Part shown: in pieces, positions 61,849 through 64,000 of the stretch
How the letters are laid out: every line of letters begins with the position of its first letter
Position numbering within the stretch: the first letter of the stretch is position 1
From: an uncultured Alphaproteobacteria bacterium
GTDB lineage: Bacteria > Pseudomonadota > Alphaproteobacteria > Acetobacterales > Acetobacteraceae
DNA length: 64,000 bases
Direction: 5' to 3'
Assembly (NCBI GenBank): GCA_963709085.1
Contig: CAVPVB010000014.1
Span: 13,094-77,093, forward strand
Notes under the pieces: generated by a model
Told to the model about the DNA's origin: nothing
The model's input: the letters and a program-made list of their open reading frames with translations, nothing else
The model's database searches: none
Translations under genes and position numbers: made by a program

Positions 61849-62751
61849 ATTCGCTTGGCCAACTCGGAAGCGCCAAGCCGAGTCGCTCCATCGTTGCGGT
61901 TCCCAAGTGGTGATGGTGACGTGTGGCGATGGTGGAGCAGGAAAATGGTGTCAGACACCGCACCGGCCTCGGCGGCAACCACGGCCGACTGTGGTCGGCT
62001 GACGAGCACGCGGGTGTCCAAAAGAGAGGGCAGTGCAGGATGGGGAACCGTCGTGCTGCGCATCGCGGAACATAGGGAGCCTTGCTCACGGCGTCGCTCG
62101 CCTTGGCCAATCTTCCCGACGGATCATGTTTGCGTCAAAGCGGGTTACGCTGAGCCAATTCGGTCCCTGCCGAAGTTGCATAGGTTGCATGTCACCACTG
62201 CCGCAACTCGGCCACTCACCTCCGCTTCCAGCGCCTACGCCTTGTCAGGGTCGTCGAGCTGAACGAGATCTTCCGAAACGGTCTCCTCCAATTTGCGCGC
62301 TAAGCGACGCGGCCACAATCTCACCGGGGGACACGCCACAAAGTATAAATGCAACTCGTTTCCTATGAAATTAATACATCCGTAGGCGCATTTTGCCGCG
62401 GAACACACTGGTCTCGGTATCCCCTTCCGCTCACGTCTCAATTAAGAGTCAAGCCGTCTCTAATCGCGGGAGACGAAGAAAAGTAATATCGAATCGATAT
62501 GAACACAAGCTGGGGCCGCGGTTGCGATACCTGGGTGTAGAGGCGAAGAAAGTTACAATTTACGGTTGCGTTACCGTGATCGTTCGTGCTTCTACGCCGC
62601 CGACGCCGATACGAATTGGCTGTCCAACCGGGGAACTACAGTCCCCCACCCTGGGTGAACTGTGTGTTTTCTGGTATGTCATTGCGCAATCGGCGATTCC
62701 AAACCCATCATGCGCCCGGCGTGCCGTGCGACGAGGCTCCCGGACCAAGTA

Positions 62752-62789
62752 GGGTCGGAAGGGGCAACCGTGCGAAAACGTACGCTAAG
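62752..62789 (+). repeat. Tn3-family terminal inverted repeat (left end of the transposon running out of the window)
   Basis: 38 bp GGGTCGGAAGGGGCAACCGTGCGAAAACGTACGCTAAG, ending in the ACGCTAAG typical of Tn21/Tn5393-type IRs. Confidence 0.7.
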
Positions 62790-63024
62790 GAATCCCCTTC
62801 CGTGCGTTTTTGGGGGTTCCTGAGGCCGGTTTGGCCATTTTCGGTTCGAGATAGGCATGAACTGCCCGTTTATTGCGTGCAATCATGGAATGCAATTCGC
62901 ATTGGACGCGATATCGGTGTTCGAACTGGCGTATTGCACGCGATAAACCTGGGTGCTAACGCGGGGGATGACATCGCGTGCAATACAAGCAGCGCCAGGT
63001 TGCGAGCTTATCGACCCGGGGTGG

Positions 63025-63918
63025 ATGACGCTGTTCCTGGCCAGCCTGGCGCATGACGATCTCTCGCCCGCCACCTTGCGCGGCTACCGCTACGACCTGC
63101 GTCACTTCCTCGCCTGGCATCGCACAGTCCAGGACGCCCCGTTCACGATCGAGGGCTTGGCGGAGTACCAGTTGATCGCCTACCGCCAGCACATGGTCGC
63201 GGCAGGACGCAGGCCCGCCACGGTCAACCGTCGCCTGGACGCCCTGCGCCGGCTGTGCCGATGGGCGCGCGGCACCGGCGGCTTGAACACCAACGTCGCG
63301 AGCAATGTCCGGCCGGTGCGTACCATCCGCAATCGCCAGCCGGTCGGCCTGACCGATATCGAAAGCCACGCCCTGCTGCGCGCCGCCGGGGCGTCTTCGC
63401 ACGGCCTGGCAGCGCGAAATTACGCGCTGGTGCAACTTATGCTGCAGGCCGGGCTGCGGGTTGGCGAGGTCGCAGCGCTGCAAGTTGGCGACATCGCCAT
63501 GAACGACCGCTCCGGCAGCGTCCGCATCCGCCAGGGCAAGGGGCCCAAAGCACGCGAGGTGCCGCTGAACGCAACCGCGCGCCGTGCGCTCAAACAATAT
63601 CTCGAACACCGCCAGGCGCCGGGCAAGAGCGCGGCGCTTTTCATCAGCAGCCGTGAGACGGCGATGCCGGTGCGCACGATCCAGTCCGTCATCACAAGTA
63701 TCGCCTGCCGTGCCCGGCTCAAGCGGGTTGCGGTTTCGGCGCACACGCTGCGCCACACCTTCGCGCTTGGCTACTTGCGCGACAATCCCGGCAGACTGCT
63801 GGAGCTGGCAGGCCTGCTTGGTCACGAGTTCCTCGACACGACGATGGTTTACACGCGACCATCACGCGATGATCTCGCGGCCGACCTGGAGCGCTCGCAC
63901 CTGAATGTCGATGGCTGA
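63025..63918 (+). CDS. Tyrosine recombinase (resolvase of a Tn3-family transposon)
   Basis: TLRGYRYDLRHF, LQAGLRVGEV, IRQGKGPKAREVPL, AHTLRHTFA, LLGH..TTMVYT. Confidence 0.9.
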   Translation: MTLFLASLAHDDLSPATLRGYRYDLRHFLAWHRTVQDAPFTIEGLAEYQLIAYRQHMVAAGRRPATVNRRLDALRRLCRWARGTGGLNTNVASNVRPVRTIRNRQPVGLTDIESHALLRAAGASSHGLAARNYALVQLMLQAGLRVGEVAALQVGDIAMNDRSGSVRIRQGKGPKAREVPLNATARRALKQYLEHRQAPGKSAALFISSRETAMPVRTIQSVITSIACRARLKRVAVSAHTLRHTFALGYLRDNPGRLLELAGLLGHEFLDTTMVYTRPSRDDLAADLERSHLNVDG

Positions 63919-64000
63919 TTCCTCTGCAGCGGCAACCCGTGCTCGCCGCCGTCTTCCCATTCCAGTTGATCCTGGAGAGGACGAGCTTGCCCGCCACTGG
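63911..64000 (+). CDS. tnpA: Start of a probable Tn3-family transposase (continues beyond window)
   Basis: MADSS..LPIPVDPGEDELARHW resembles the DUF4158 N-terminus; overlaps the recombinase stop; only 30 codons visible. Confidence 0.55.
   Translation, partial: MADSSAAATRARRRLPIPVDPGEDELARHW

Noticed and set aside
61850-62750. Several short ORFs between the iterons and the Tn3 IR
   Set aside because: Mutually overlapping with no recognisable domain; treated as intergenic or degraded DNA.

Overview
GC-rich, IS-saturated segment of what is very probably an alphaproteobacterial plasmid (Acetobacteraceae/Rhodospirillales-like by gene content; inference). A replicon backbone lies at the right end: RepA_C-type rep gene with six 15-bp iteron-like repeats, parA plus a small partner gene, a CTAG-rich candidate centromere, a tyrosine recombinase with a res-like site, and an RHH-PIN toxin-antitoxin pair. 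Cargo islands are mucR/ros, an AbiE-type type IV TA pair, a TAXI-binding protein with a Sel1-like protein, a GT2, an acyltransferase between two IS6 copies, an ACP/adenylating enzyme/SDR/acyl-CoA synthetase cluster, and dppBCDF without a binding protein. More than half of the window is mobile DNA (IS4, IS5, IS6, IS21, IS66, IS630, IS701, ISAs1, ISL3, Tn3). Target-site duplications (TSDs) resolve a five-level nest at 40.6-52.3 kb and several miniature elements. The most unusual items are two multi-gene DDE transposons with accessory genes. One is a Cys-rich protein + DDE transposase + ExeA-like ATPase + AAA_25 helicase unit with an ori-like hairpin (6.1-12.5 kb). The other is an IS21-like unit with Zn-finger and ParB-like genes, bounded by perfect 50-bp IRs with non-canonical CC..GG termini, inserted in a Tn3-type IR (45.2-51.1 kb). 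All coordinates were counted by hand and family assignments come from recognised motifs, not database searches. No rRNA, tRNA or CRISPR array was seen.
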